NCBI GenBank assembly: GCA_003427395.1
Contig: BFEA01000047.1
Location: 222,562-283,289, forward strand
DNA from: Chara braunii
Lineage: Eukaryota > Plantae > Charophyceae
Length of the DNA stretch: 60,728 nucleotides
Direction of reading: 5' to 3'
Every line of letters starts with the position of its first letter. The first letter of the stretch is position 1. The notes beneath the pieces were generated by a model, which was given only the letters and a program-made list of their open reading frames with translations, did no database searches and was not told the DNA's origin. Shown here one piece after another: positions 12,738 to 24,600 of this stretch. The translations under genes were made by a program, and so were the position numbers.

Positions 12738-13099
12738 TTGGTCACGATGGACCATCCTGCTCAAGCCCGTGTCTACTCCCTCCCTCTCCTGCCTTCCCCT
12801 CCTCTCTCCCCACCCCTCTCTCTTTCTCTCTCTGCGTTTTACCTCTTGCGGCTGCGTACGCGCCTGTTTCGCTCTTTTTCTTTTTTTCCCGAAATCGCTT
12901 GTGTTTCCGGTTTCTTTTATTTTCGAAATCGCTCCTGCTTCCCTTGTTTTCTCTCTTCTCCATTAAACTGATCACTGCGCGAACGGATTTTCCGTTTTTC
13001 TTTCTTTCTTTCTTTTTAGAAGGTCTCGATCGACCACGGATCAGATATGAAACTAACCAGCACAGATACTAGACCTGATCGTGGGGGGATGGTCGAGTT

Positions 13100-13152
<53 letters not shown>

Positions 13153-13293
13153 TTTCTAAATAAAAAAGGTCTCGATAGACCACGGACCAGATATGAAACC
13201 AAACAGAGCAGATACTGCGCTTGATCGTGCGGGGTAAGAGGATCGGATATGAAACTGATCGAAGCAGATACTACACTTGATCGTGTTTCTTGG

Positions 13294-13326
<33 letters not shown>

Positions 13327-13549
13327 CGTAGTTTGGTTAGATTGGGTTCTCTCTCTCTCTCTCTCTCCCCCTTGCGCATGCGTGCTCGGGTGCTTTTTTT
13401 TTTTTTTTTTTTAAAGGTCTCGATGGACCATGGATCAGATATGAAACCGAAGCAGATCGTGCGGGGAGAGAGGATCGGATATGAAACTGATCGAAGCAGA
13501 TACTACACTTGATCGTGTTTCTGTTGGAGGGGGGGAGGCGCGTAGTTGG

Positions 13550-13594
<45 letters not shown>

Positions 13595-13805
13595 CTCCGT
13601 GTGTCTTGTGTGCACGTGCCCGCGTGCTTTTTTTTCTTTTTTTTAAATAAAAAACGGTCTCGATAGACCACGGATCAGATATGAAACCAAACAGAGCAGA
13701 TACTACGCTTGCTCGTGCGGGGAGAGAGGATCGGATATGAAACTGATCGACGCAGATACTACACTCGATTGTGTTTCTGCTGGAGTGGGGGAGGTGCATA
13801 GTTGG

Positions 13806-13846
<41 letters not shown>

Positions 13847-14618
13847 CACATGCTCGCGTGCTTTTTTTTTCTTTTTTGAAAATAAAGAAAGGTCTTGATA
13901 GACAACGGATCAGATATGAAACCGAACGGAGCAGACAATACGCTTGATCGTGCGGGGAGAGAGGATCGGATATGAAACTGATCGAAGCAGATACTACACT
14001 TGACCGTTGGGGGGGACGTGGGAGCGAAGCACGTAGTTCGTCTCTCTCTCTCTCTCTCTCTCTTCGATGGACCACGGATCAGATATGAAACTGAACGGAG
14101 CAGATACTGTGCTTGATCATGTGGGGGGGAGGATCGATATGGAACTGATCGAAGCAGATAGTACACTTGATCGTGTGGGGGGGGAGGCACGTATAGGGTT
14201 CTCTCTCTCTCTCTCTCTCTTTTTTTTGTCTCACTCGCGCACGTGCTTTTTTTTTCTTTTATTAAAGAAAAAGGTCTCGATGGACCATGGATCAGATATG
14301 AAACTGAACAGAGCAGTTACTACGCTTGATCGTTTGGGGAGAGAGGATCGGATATGAAACTGATCAACACATCGTGTGGGGAGGGAGGCCCATAGTTAGT
14401 TAGGTTGTGTTCTCTCTCTCTCTCTCTTACGGGCACGGCACACATGCTCGTCCGGATTTTCCTTCTTTTTTTTTCCGATGGTCTGGCGCACCCTTGCAGA
14501 TTTTCCTTTATTCTTTACTTTTCATTTTGGTCGTCCCGATGCACCACGGATCAGATATGAAACTGATAGGCACACATGATACTGTTGGTGGTGGGGGAGG
14601 GGCGTCATAGGTAGTTAG

Positions 14619-14656
<38 letters not shown>

Positions 14657-14742
14657 CCGATGCACCACGGATCAGATATGAAACTGATGGGGACAGATAA
14701 TACTATTGATGGTGGTGGGGGAGGGGCGTCCCAGGTAGTTAG

Positions 14743-14778
<36 letters not shown>

Positions 14779-14953
14779 GCACACGCGTGCCCGTTTTTTC
14801 GATTTGTTCCTATTTTATTTTTTGGGTCCCCATGGACCTCGGAATCAGGTATGAAACCGATCGGAGGTATGAAACCAATCGGTACAGATAAGACATGATG
14901 GTGGCTTTTTTTTATTATTGGGGGGGGGGGGCGGGGGGGGGGGGGGGGGGTAG

Positions 14954-14992
<39 letters not shown>

Positions 14993-15137
14993 TTCGCGTG
15001 CGCGCGCGCTCTCCTTTTTCTTATTGGTCCCAATGGAGCGCGGATCAGTCATGAAACTGGTCGGAAGATATGAAACTCGTCGGGACAGATAATAGACTTG
15101 ATGGTGGTGGGCAGAGGGGGGGGTCGTAGCTAGTTCT

Positions 15138-15172
<35 letters not shown>

Positions 15173-15257
15173 ACTCTCCTTTTTCTTATTGGTCCCAATT
15201 GAGCGCGGATCAGTCATGAAACCTTGATGGTGGTGGGCAGAGGGGGGGGTCGTAGTT

Positions 15258-15304
<47 letters not shown>

Positions 15305-15426
15305 NNNNNNNNNNNNNNNNNNNNNNNNNNNNNNNNNNNNNNNNNNNNNNNNNNNNNNNNNNNNNNNNNNNNNNNNNNNNNNNNNNNNNNNNNNNNNNNN
15401 NNNNNNNNNNNNNNNNNNNNNNNNNN

Positions 15427-15486
<60 letters not shown>

Positions 15487-15640
15487 GGACACATACACAC
15501 TCTCTCTCACTCATAGTTCCAAGACCACAAAAAACGAAAGCAACAGACACGAAGAACAAACTCATCGTCAGTCATCAAGTCAGTCATGAAACTGTCGGAA
15601 GATATGAAACTCATCGGGACAGATAATAGACTTGATGGTG
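12738..15640 (-). repeat. Tandem array of U2 snRNA-derived modules separated by (GA)n and C-runs (period ~240 bp, about 18 modules)
   Basis: Reverse complement of 13241-13282 is GATCAAGTGTAGTATCTGCTTCGATCAGTTTCATATCCGATC; U2 (recalled) is GATCAAGTGTAGTATCTGTTCTTATCAGTTTAATATCTGATA. That is 35/42 identical with the first 18 nt exact. Modules lie near 13022, 13168, 13241, 13416, 13473, 13656, 13729, 13891, 13964, 14064, 14131, 14273, 14345, 14534, 14655, 14825, 15025 and 15580. Confidence 0.88.
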
Positions 15641-15671
15641 TGCGCAGAGGGGGTGGTCGTAGTTAGTTCTC

Positions 15672-15765
<94 letters not shown>

Positions 15766-16028
15766 GCGGACACATATGCACTCTCTCTCACTCATAGTTC
15801 CAAGACCACAAAAAACGAAAGCAACAGACACGAATAACAAACTCATCGTCAGTCATCAAGGTGCGGTCGTTCGAAAGCCTTGACGCTGCACAGCTCAAGC
15901 CTCAGCGTCCAACATTCAGGATGTAAGAGATGGTGTGTCCTGGGTGAGTGTGTGTGACTGTGTGTGTGTGTGTGTGGGTGGGTGGGTGGGTGTTCTGTGG
16001 GTGAGTCTGAGTATGTGTGAGTGTCAGC

Positions 16029-16085
16029 CAGACCGTTTCGTCGGACTTCCACCGACTCATCAGGAGGTTGAACCCCGACAGTCCG
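16029..16085 (-). ncRNA. Type III hammerhead ribozyme, structurally complete
   Basis: CGGACUGU-C / GGGGU-UCA-ACCUC / CUGAUGA / GUCGG-UGGAAGU-CCGAC / GAA-ACGGUCUG. Core boxes intact, GUC triplet, stem I 5 bp, stem II 5 bp, stem III 8 bp. Predicted cut between 16077 and 16076. Confidence 0.88.
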
Positions 16086-16152
16086 CCCAGATGAACTGTA
16101 CTGATGGCCAAGGACTCGCCACATTTGTGTGTGTGTGTGTGTGGGTGTGTGC

Positions 16153-16221
<69 letters not shown>

Positions 16222-16329
16222 TGCGTGTGTCCATGCGTGCTTGTGTGCATGCGTGTGTGTGTGCGCGTGCGTGTGTGCGTATGCGAGTGCGCGTGCGTGT
16301 GTGCGTGTGCGAGTGCGCGTGTGTCCAAC

Positions 16330-16555
16330 GTAGAGCGAAATCGTAGTCGCGCATAGCAGCGTAGAAGTCAGTCGAGTAGCTTGAGTGTCGAAAACAGGCG
16401 CCGACTCTAGAGTAGCACAGAGTAGCGTAGAGTAGCTCAGTCGAGTAGCTTGAGTGTCGAAAACAGGCGTCGACTCTAGAGTAGCGCCGGCATCGACTCT
16501 AGAGTAGCACAGAGTAGCGTAGAGTAGCTCAATCGAGTAGCTTAGAGTGTCGAAC
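16330..16555. repeat. Minisatellite built from GAGTAGC / GTCGA / GACTCTAGAGTAGC units
   Basis: Near-identical ~70-bp units (CAGTCGAGTAGCTTGAGTGTCGAAAACAGGCG.CGACTCTAGAGTAGC) repeated 2-3 times. Confidence 0.75.
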
Positions 16556-17071
16556 AGGCCGTCCAGTACACCTGCCCTCAAGTCGGCAGTGCGCGTGCCC
16601 CAGAAAGTAGTTTCTATGTAGTGGTGCTGAACCGGTAGCGGCGCTGGACTGGTAGCGCGTCACGCCCAACCCCGGTACCACGTGCGGTAGGGCCGGTAAC
16701 ACGCTTTGGTATCAGCGCTGGCGCGTACGCCAGGTACAGGCCCTGGTGCGGTAGGGCTGGTAACACACTTTGGTACTGGCGCTGGCGCGTGGGCCAGGTA
16801 CAGGCCCTGGCGAGCCACCCGCAACGGTTCAACTTCTAAGAACAAACGATCAGCAGACGATCGGGACCGCAGCGGAGTGTAAAATCGCAGGGCCTCGATC
16901 GCCTGCTTGTCACGGGCCGAAAATTAGTGACAGTTATATATGTAGGGACAATACTCTTGCAAACACGTAGACTTCGCACTAACTTTTTGGCACACAGGCA
17001 GAAAAACTTTGACTGCCACTGACATCTTCCCAGTCAAAAACCGTAAAGAAACAAAGGTTGAAACCCCTTTT

Positions 17072-17102
<31 letters not shown>

Positions 17103-18345
17103 GGGGTGGGGGGCTCGAAATATGATACAAAAGTTGAGAACTCGAACCCCGCCTTTTTTCCCGTCCCAAAACTCGTAACTCTCGACTCTCGAGTGTTCAA
17201 ACTAGGAATGTTTCCTTTTCAATGTGATAAAGTTAAGCGCCAGTATGGTGCACCTGAGATTGCCGAACCTGATGGCCGAGTGGTTAAAAGCGACAGACTA
17301 GTTCTATCCATAGGTCAGAACTGTTCGTATCTATCTTCCTCCTATGGATGTGAAGCCACTGGTAAACTGTAAGTGCCGGAAAGGTTACGCGAACTCATGA
17401 CTCCTGAGCCACTGGAGATTCCTGATCTTCATCTTCAAAAGGTATGAAGTCACTATGAACCATGTGCTCTCCAGAATCTTTTTTATGGTTACCTTGGGGA
17501 GGGAGAGAAGGTTGGGGAATACGATTGTTTTTCTGTAGCTCTGAGCAAGTGAACAAGTCAACAATGACTTGTCAGCAATCGTGCTCACATGCATAGATGA
17601 CTGACCCGTTCCTAACTGACCGCTTGAACAATTAATTCAGCTGAATGGGAGGGTGAGAGGGAGAGAATGCACAAAACTTTCTCCGGTTCAGCAACGTTTT
17701 GGCTCATGCTTGTTGATCGGCAGGTTCGATGCAGAGGGTGGTTGAGCGGGACAGAATGAGGATAGGGGGGAAAGGGATGGGAAGGGGAGAAGGGGAATGC
17801 CCCGGGGCTGCTAAAACAATGACACCCAGGGACTGAAAGGCGAGGGGAAATGCCCCGGGGGCTGCTAAAACAATGACATCCAGGGACAAGGAGGATGGAA
17901 GGAGAGATGGATCGTTCACTAGAACCAGACTTGATACTCCCTTAGCATAAAAACGGGTACAGAAGGAAGTAAATCATAATTTGAAGAAAAGAACAAAGGA
18001 TAAGATCGACAACTTCTTAAAAAAAAAAAAAAACGCAAAGGGAGCTATTAAAGGGACAAATACTATGTCAAATAGTCAACGTGAACCAGACTGATGATCC
18101 CCAGAATCAGAGCAGCTATGGGCATTTAGATGGCGAACAGACATTTGATGAACAACGAACAACTAAACAAAAAAATAAACAAAGGAAGTTGCGGTCAGAA
18201 AACCCAAAAAAAAGAAAAAAAGAAAAAAAAAAGGTGTTACGATCCTGGTCATTTCCCAAGTGCAAATTCACAATGAAAGACAAAGCCACCCAATTGCGAA
18301 AGAAATGAAAGCACTTGCAAAGAGATAAAGACCAGAGGAGAGGTA

Positions 18346-18378
18346 AAGAAGAAGAAGAAGAAGAAGAAGAAGAAGAAG

Positions 18379-18408
<30 letters not shown>
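18346..18408. repeat. (GAA)n microsatellite
   Basis: About 20 consecutive GAA units. Confidence 0.95.
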
Positions 18409-18410
<2 letters not shown>

Positions 18411-19686
18411 CACCAGCAAGACCAATGACAATTCCCCCTTCTCTCTCTCCACCTTCCTCCTTCCTCCTCTTCACCAATCTTATTCTTCTCTCAATAATAA
18501 TAATAACAATGAATGGATGAACCAGAATCAATGTCCGAAGTTTCCCCCTTACTGCTGACTCAACTCACAACCCAACCANAACAACAAGTCCACCATGGCT
18601 ATGTCCTCCCTCCTTCAACCTCCTCTCTCAAGCATAGGCCATGGCGGACTACTAGAAGGCAGCTATGATGCTGCCCTGATGCCGAAAGACAACCCAAAGC
18701 AGCTATGTCGCTGCTTGACTTGGTCCGCTATGCCTGACTCTGCCTCGAGCTGCCCTGGTGCAGCGTTACCCCAACCGGGGCCTTCCGGATGCAGCGCCCA
18801 ACAAGGTGATGAAGACGGTGTCCACCATAGCCAGGTATGTGCCCTACCACTCTCCTACCATGTCCCCCTTCTTCCTCCTTCAAGCTGGGGTGCTCGCCAT
18901 AGCCAGGCTGAGGCCCCAGCAGACCTTCACCTCCAAGCAGCGCTGCTTCAGACCAGCGCTGCGCTCCAGCAGCATGTCGCCAATCCTTGCATACCGCAAA
19001 TGAGGAAGAGCTCGCCGCTCTTCCTGAAGATATAGCGGCCTACCGGCCTCCTGGGCGGTGACTTCCTAGGCCAAGCGGCCTCCCAGCAACTGGTACCTCC
19101 TCCCTTTTGGAGGGAAACATCATTGCAGGCTCTGTTATTGTCCGCACAGGCCCTAGACCCGGGCTACTTGGAATGGTACCGGCCTACCTCTAACCTACCG
19201 CTACTGGGCCTCTAAAAATGCCAACTTTTTGTCTTCTTCTGCTCGGCCTACCTGCTACTTGAGTGTTTTTCCCCAGCTGCTCTAAGTACCGTGGGCCTAC
19301 CCCCCGCTACCGGCATGTTTACCCCCCTGCAACCCTTCAAAGTCACGGCCACAGGTAAGTACCGGCCCGGTGGGCCTTGCAACCAACAAGTACCCTGGCG
19401 GGTCACGCACATACCCAACCAGCAAGCACTCAGACAGGCATGCAACCCAGCAGGCACGCACACACACACAACCGGCAAGCACTCAGACAGGCATGCAAAC
19501 CAGCAGGCACGCACACACACAGACTTGGGACCACAGCAGAATGCGGGAATCACAACAAGGCATTCATTCCATTGACAAATCCCACAAATCAGCAGTGTTC
19601 TCAGTCTGTGTTTTGGGCGGGTCATTACAAAGGAAGGGTTGGTCGGTTGCTTGATTGAACATTTGAACACGTAGGGGTGTACTGAC

Positions 19687-20139
19687 CTTAGTGCACAGAG
19701 CCATGAAAAGCGCCATAAACCTCTGAGCATCAACCATAGATACGGGACCACCACCACCGCCACTCTCCGCTCGACTTGTGACGCTCTCTTCTTCACCGTC
19801 ACCTTCTTGGGCCTCTGATACCCTTCCCCCTTGCAGCATGACCTTCCCACCAACCGCATCAGACCTGCTGCTGGATGTGACAGCTGCTTCCCTGCTCTTC
19901 TCTGTTGTCTCTCCTCCTCCTGTCACACCACTGTCCTCCACCCGAGGCCGCTTCGATGGTCGCTCATCATCAATCCCTCCTTCTTGCCTGCCACTCCCAC
20001 TGCTCGACAGTTCAAGGGAAGATGCTTCTGTGTCTCCTTTCTTCTCCACTACTGCATCCACAACCGAGAGGAACATCCGCGTAGCAAAGTCCTCTATATG
20101 GGAAGCCAGGTACTCCTGGGGAAATAGTTTGTTGGCAAC
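19687..20139 (-). CDS. SYMPK: Symplekin exon: VANKLFPQEYLASHIEDFATRMFLS...MVDAQRFMALFMALCTK
   Basis: Within ORF 19564..20154. 453 nt, TGCAG| and |GTCAGT. Contains V.NKL...IE.FA and AQR...LF.ALC.K motifs. Confidence 0.92.
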
Positions 20140-20271
20140 CTGCACAATAGCCAACAGGCAATAGCCAACATAGATTCAGAACCCTTGATAGCAGCAGCTG
20201 AACGCATCAGCCCTATGCTATGGACTAGCACTGGACTCGGCAGTATATTACTTGTCCGATGCCCTCATAAT

Positions 20272-20643
20272 TTTTTATTATTATTAGAAACAAAACAGGG
20301 CCTTATGGTCCTGCCTCCATATCCATTCTGGGGAGCTTCAGTCCGGTTACTTTTCCACCGGCAAGTCAAGAGAATACATCAATGTACGCACACACGCACG
20401 CTTGCTTCCGTCTGACCTAAGGACCCCGGAACAGCATTGATTGCTCCACCATCGTGGAGGATTGGCTGTCAGATTGCCCTAGCACTCAAAGTCCTCTCAT
20501 CTAGGGGGTATACCGGCTGTCGGATCTACTTAAAGCTCTAGACTCTGAGGGCGGCCAAGTCCTGTTCAGGCCCCACTGCTCATTGTTGTTGGGCGCTGTT
20601 CGTGTCCTCTGCCGTTTCGTTTTTGTCAGTCCATTTGCAACGT
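20272..20643 (-). mobile_element. 5'-truncated LINE 3'-tail copy (SINE-like) with target-site duplication
   Basis: Reverse complement of the tail at 33540-33735 and 43040-43250. (TAA)n/A tail at the left end. Direct repeat CCTCATAAT at 20263-20271 and 20644-20652. Confidence 0.8.
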
Positions 20644-21285
20644 CCTCATAATCTACATCCCTTCGGGGAAAAGACGCTGAGCGGATGTTGCAGTGTAGTG
20701 GAATTTTTTTCTTTTCTGCAATTCACATTTGAGTGTCGCATTTCGCTACACTCTTCACCGTTGCCAGGGCCAAGATATCCATCTTTTTCTGTCGGTCCAT
20801 GCCCCCGCCACGAGTGTTTTTCTCACCATGAAGACTACTGTCATTCAATTTTTGCCTTGCCAAATGTTGCCTTCAGAGCTTCCTCCATATGTGTTCCTGA
20901 GTTTTGACGATGACCTTCATTCACAACTTTCATTCGATCTTTCAATGGAGTGGACAAAGCATATTACGATGCAGAAGGGACTGTGAGCACACAAAGAGGA
21001 CAGACAATGAAGCAATTCACCATATAAGACGACACATGTCAGAAGTACCTGCCGTGTATCGCACTGCAGACTACGAGTTTTACCATTACCCAATAGATTA
21101 CAAGCTCAGATCTTGACGATTCAATAATGTTACGGGCTTCGTCCTTAAGGAACCAAAAAAAAAACAAAGATGGGATTTGGGGGAGGGAGAGAAGGGGGTT
21201 GGGGGGAGGAAGGACAGGTACATGTTAACAAGGCAGGCAGATGCCAATGGAAGGCGGGCGAGATGGCGTCAGAAAGAGTCAGTAC

Positions 21286-21333
21286 CAGTCGGATGGCCTT
21301 GTTGCGAATCTCTTCCGTCTCATGGACAGTACA
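21286..21333 (-). CDS. SYMPK: Symplekin 48-nt exon: CTVHETEEIRNKAIRL
   Basis: GGCAG| and |GTACTG boundaries. Supplies the C.VH..EE+R.KAIRL segment that links ALK to V.NKL in plant symplekin. Confidence 0.88.
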
Positions 21334-21613
21334 CTGCCACAACATTTCACAGCCAAAAATTATTGTTATGTTAGAAGTCAACAACAGGCATATACACTGT
21401 CAAAAACATACTGATGAGTTTTGAAGACCTCTGACGAACAGAAAGTGAGCGCATTGGCAAGATGAATGACATATATATTCACAGAACGCACTACTGACTC
21501 TTCCTTTTCTCTCAGACGAACATGCATTTCATTCTGCTTTTGGTTGATGGCTTCATTTGCATCTAATTTGTGCAGCTGAAGGCCAGAAGCACAGCTGGTG
21601 GTGGAAGCAGGGA

Positions 21614-21698
<85 letters not shown>

Positions 21699-24600
21699 AC
21701 ATGCACACACATACGAGTCTCTCCCCCTCCCCTTGCTCTGGGAGCCCACCCGACCTTCCTAATCTGGTAAAAAGACAGCAGGCTGGTCGTCAACTGACCA
21801 TTGAGCGTTATTCTTTCCTTTCCTAAGAAGCTCCGAAGCCATCACAGTCAACAAGAAGGTGTAGCTGTTCCCTGCTTTTCGTTGTTTTAGTACAGCACAG
21901 CCCCTCAGGATCACTAACCTCCGCGGAGGGCAAAAAAACAAAAACCTTTTCAGAACAAGACAGTTACTCCCACTCGCTCACTCATAACCGCCTCCGTATT
22001 GCCAGTCTGTCAAAACAACCAGCCCGTACTGCAACCGATTTCACTGTCACGCAACTAACATACAGGATAGGAGCGGAAACCAAATCGTTAACGAATGGGA
22101 TGAGCGAGGATAATACCACAAGCTAGCCGCCAAGGCAACCAGGGTAGAGCACAAAGAGGAATGAATATGTGAAACAGATGACTATACACCACAACAGCAC
22201 TGGAGCCATTCACAGGGAAATCTCATACTGAGCAACAACGCAAGTTGGCACTCAGTGTGTTAGGTAAACATCAACAGCAGACTTGAAAGTTGATATGTTG
22301 ATGATCCAATGCTCTCTCCGGCTGCAGAAAACTAAGTCCTGCCACCACACAGTGGAAGCCGAGGCTAAAAAGAGAACCAAGAAAGCACCGACAATAGAGG
22401 AAGATTCAAGACGGAGCAGCATACATAGCGAGTTCTCTTCCGATTCAGGTTATCAGATCAGACGATCGACTGACGATGTGAAAGAAAGAAAAGAGGAAAA
22501 AAAAAGCATAATCGACCACTGTCTCCACCCCTGCCGAGGTCTCATTGAACGAGTCAAGTAACTTAACCAGCTGAGGCAGAGCATACACAGCCATATGACA
22601 TAAACAATTAGAGCAAAATTTGGTTCAATGAGAGTCATTGAGACTGATAATGATTTAATTTATACGAATTAGATTTAATTTACATTAATTCTAATTAAGA
22701 ATTAGATTGATAATCATACGACTTATGGTTCTATATATACGAATTATGGTTCTATTCCCCCCCCTTCTCTTATGCTTGACCATGGCTGCTGACAATTTTG
22801 AATTGTCAGTTCGAGAGTTCAAACTCAGATCATAGCTTTTCCAGTCCGTCTTCAAAATATTCACAATTGACTTGAATTGACTCAATATCTGGAATTGGTC
22901 TCACGAGTCTGACGAGCCAATATAGAGAAGTGTAATCGAGGAATCAAGCTTTAAAAAACTCAGATTTCAAAAAGCCTAAACTTGCAAATACTTTACTCGA
23001 GTTGAAACCCTGAATGATCAAACACCACAACCGATTTGAAACATAGAAACGGTTAACCAGACACCTCAGCTGGTCATTTTGTCTCTGTGAAGCAGGCACA
23101 TGGTTCTTTTTTTTTTTTTTTTTTTTTTTCCCTAAACCAGTCCCCTCGCTAGGGAAGGTGGTAACATGAATGAAAACGTCTGTTTCTAAGAGCTCCTGTT
23201 AAGTTATTAGAAGTTCACACGTACGAACACAGTTCAACTGTCATTTTCTATCCCTGCAAACGTTGAGAGTTAACGAATAACGCACAGTTAAACAAAACGT
23301 TCTTGTTTTTTTTTTTTGTCTCTGCAATGAAGCACTTGGGTGTAGCTGTTGAGTTAAGACTCGAGAGCTACAACGTAAGTACACAGTCTTACAATGTTTT
23401 TGTCTGTGTCTGTGACGAAGCAGTAGTTGACTGTAGTTACGTCAAAAGTTGAAATGTGNNNNNNNNNNNNNNNNNNNNNNNNNNNNNNNNNNNNNNNNNN
23501 NNNNNNNNNNNNNNNNNNNNNNNNNNNNNNNNNNNNNNNNNNNNNNNNNNNNNNNNNNNNNNNNNNNNNNNNNNNNNNNNNNNNNNNNNNNNNNNNNNNN
23601 NNNNNNNNNNNNNNNNNNNNNNNNNNNNNNNNNNNNNNNNNNNNNNNNNNNNNNNNNNNNNNNNNNNNNNNNNNNNNNNNNNNNNNNNNNNNNNNNNNNN
23701 NNNNNNNNNNNNNNNNNNNNNNNNNNNNNNNNNNNNNNNNNNNNNNNNNNNNNNNNNNNNNNNNNNNNNNNNNNNNNNNNNNNNNNNNNNNNNNNNNNNN
23801 NNNNNNNNNNNNNNNNNNNNNNNNNNNNNNNNNNNNNNNNNNNNNNNNNNNNNNNNNNNNNNNNNNNNNNNNNNNNNNNNNNNNNNNNNNNNNNNNNNNN
23901 NNNNNNNNNNNNNNNNNNNNNNNNNNNNNNNNNNNNNNNNNNNNNNNNNNNNNNNNNNNNNNNNNNNNNNNNNNNNNNNNNNNNNNNNNNNNNNNNNNNN
24001 NNNNNNNNNNNNNNNNNNNNNNNNNNNNNNNNNNNNNNNNNNNNNNNNNNNNNNNNNNNNNNNNNNNNNNNNNNNNNNNNNNNNNNNNNNNNNNNNNNNN
24101 NNNNNNNNNNNNNNNNNNNNNNNNNNNNNNNNNNNNNNNNNNNNNNNNNNNNNNNNNNNNNNNNNNNNNNNNNGTACTTGAGTTTACAGCTAGAACATGA
24201 GAGCCGAGCCTTTCTCACCTTTCAACTTTTTGTCTGTGTCTGTGACGAAGCAGTACTTGACTGTAGTTGCGTCAAAAGTTGAAATGTTAAAACTGTCATT
24301 GCTGCCTCCGGGAAGAAGCACATGCTGCACATGCTGCTTCACCGCGGAGCCGAGCCTTTCTCTGTGCATTATAAATCGGTCTCATTAGTTTTTTAGTGCA
24401 CGCTTGCCTTTCAGGAGACTTCTCGTTCTTCCTGCCATGCCTCCCCCTTCACCAGAACCCAGTGAGCGATGGCTGTGCTAAATACGGACCAGCCTGCCTG
24501 CAAAGCTGGCCCGGCTCATGCTACACTAGCTCAAGCACAGGGACAATATGGCTTGGACTTTCTCCCCTCGTCTGTTCGCCACTCGTAGCATACAGTAGTC

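Noticed and set aside
13022-14365. Functional U2 snRNA gene cluster or CRISPR-like array
   Set aside because: Modules lack U2 stem I and the 3' stems III/IV, and no snRNA promoter was recognised. Spacers are microsatellites rather than unique sequences, and no cas genes are present.
13053-16581. ORFs rich in ERERER, HTHTHT, CVCVCV or LSLSLS
   Set aside because: These are translations of dinucleotide microsatellites with no coding evidence.
16618-16838. MITE with termini TAG..G.TGAACCG.T.GCGG
   Set aside because: The inverted termini are imperfect and no TSD was found, so it was left unannotated.
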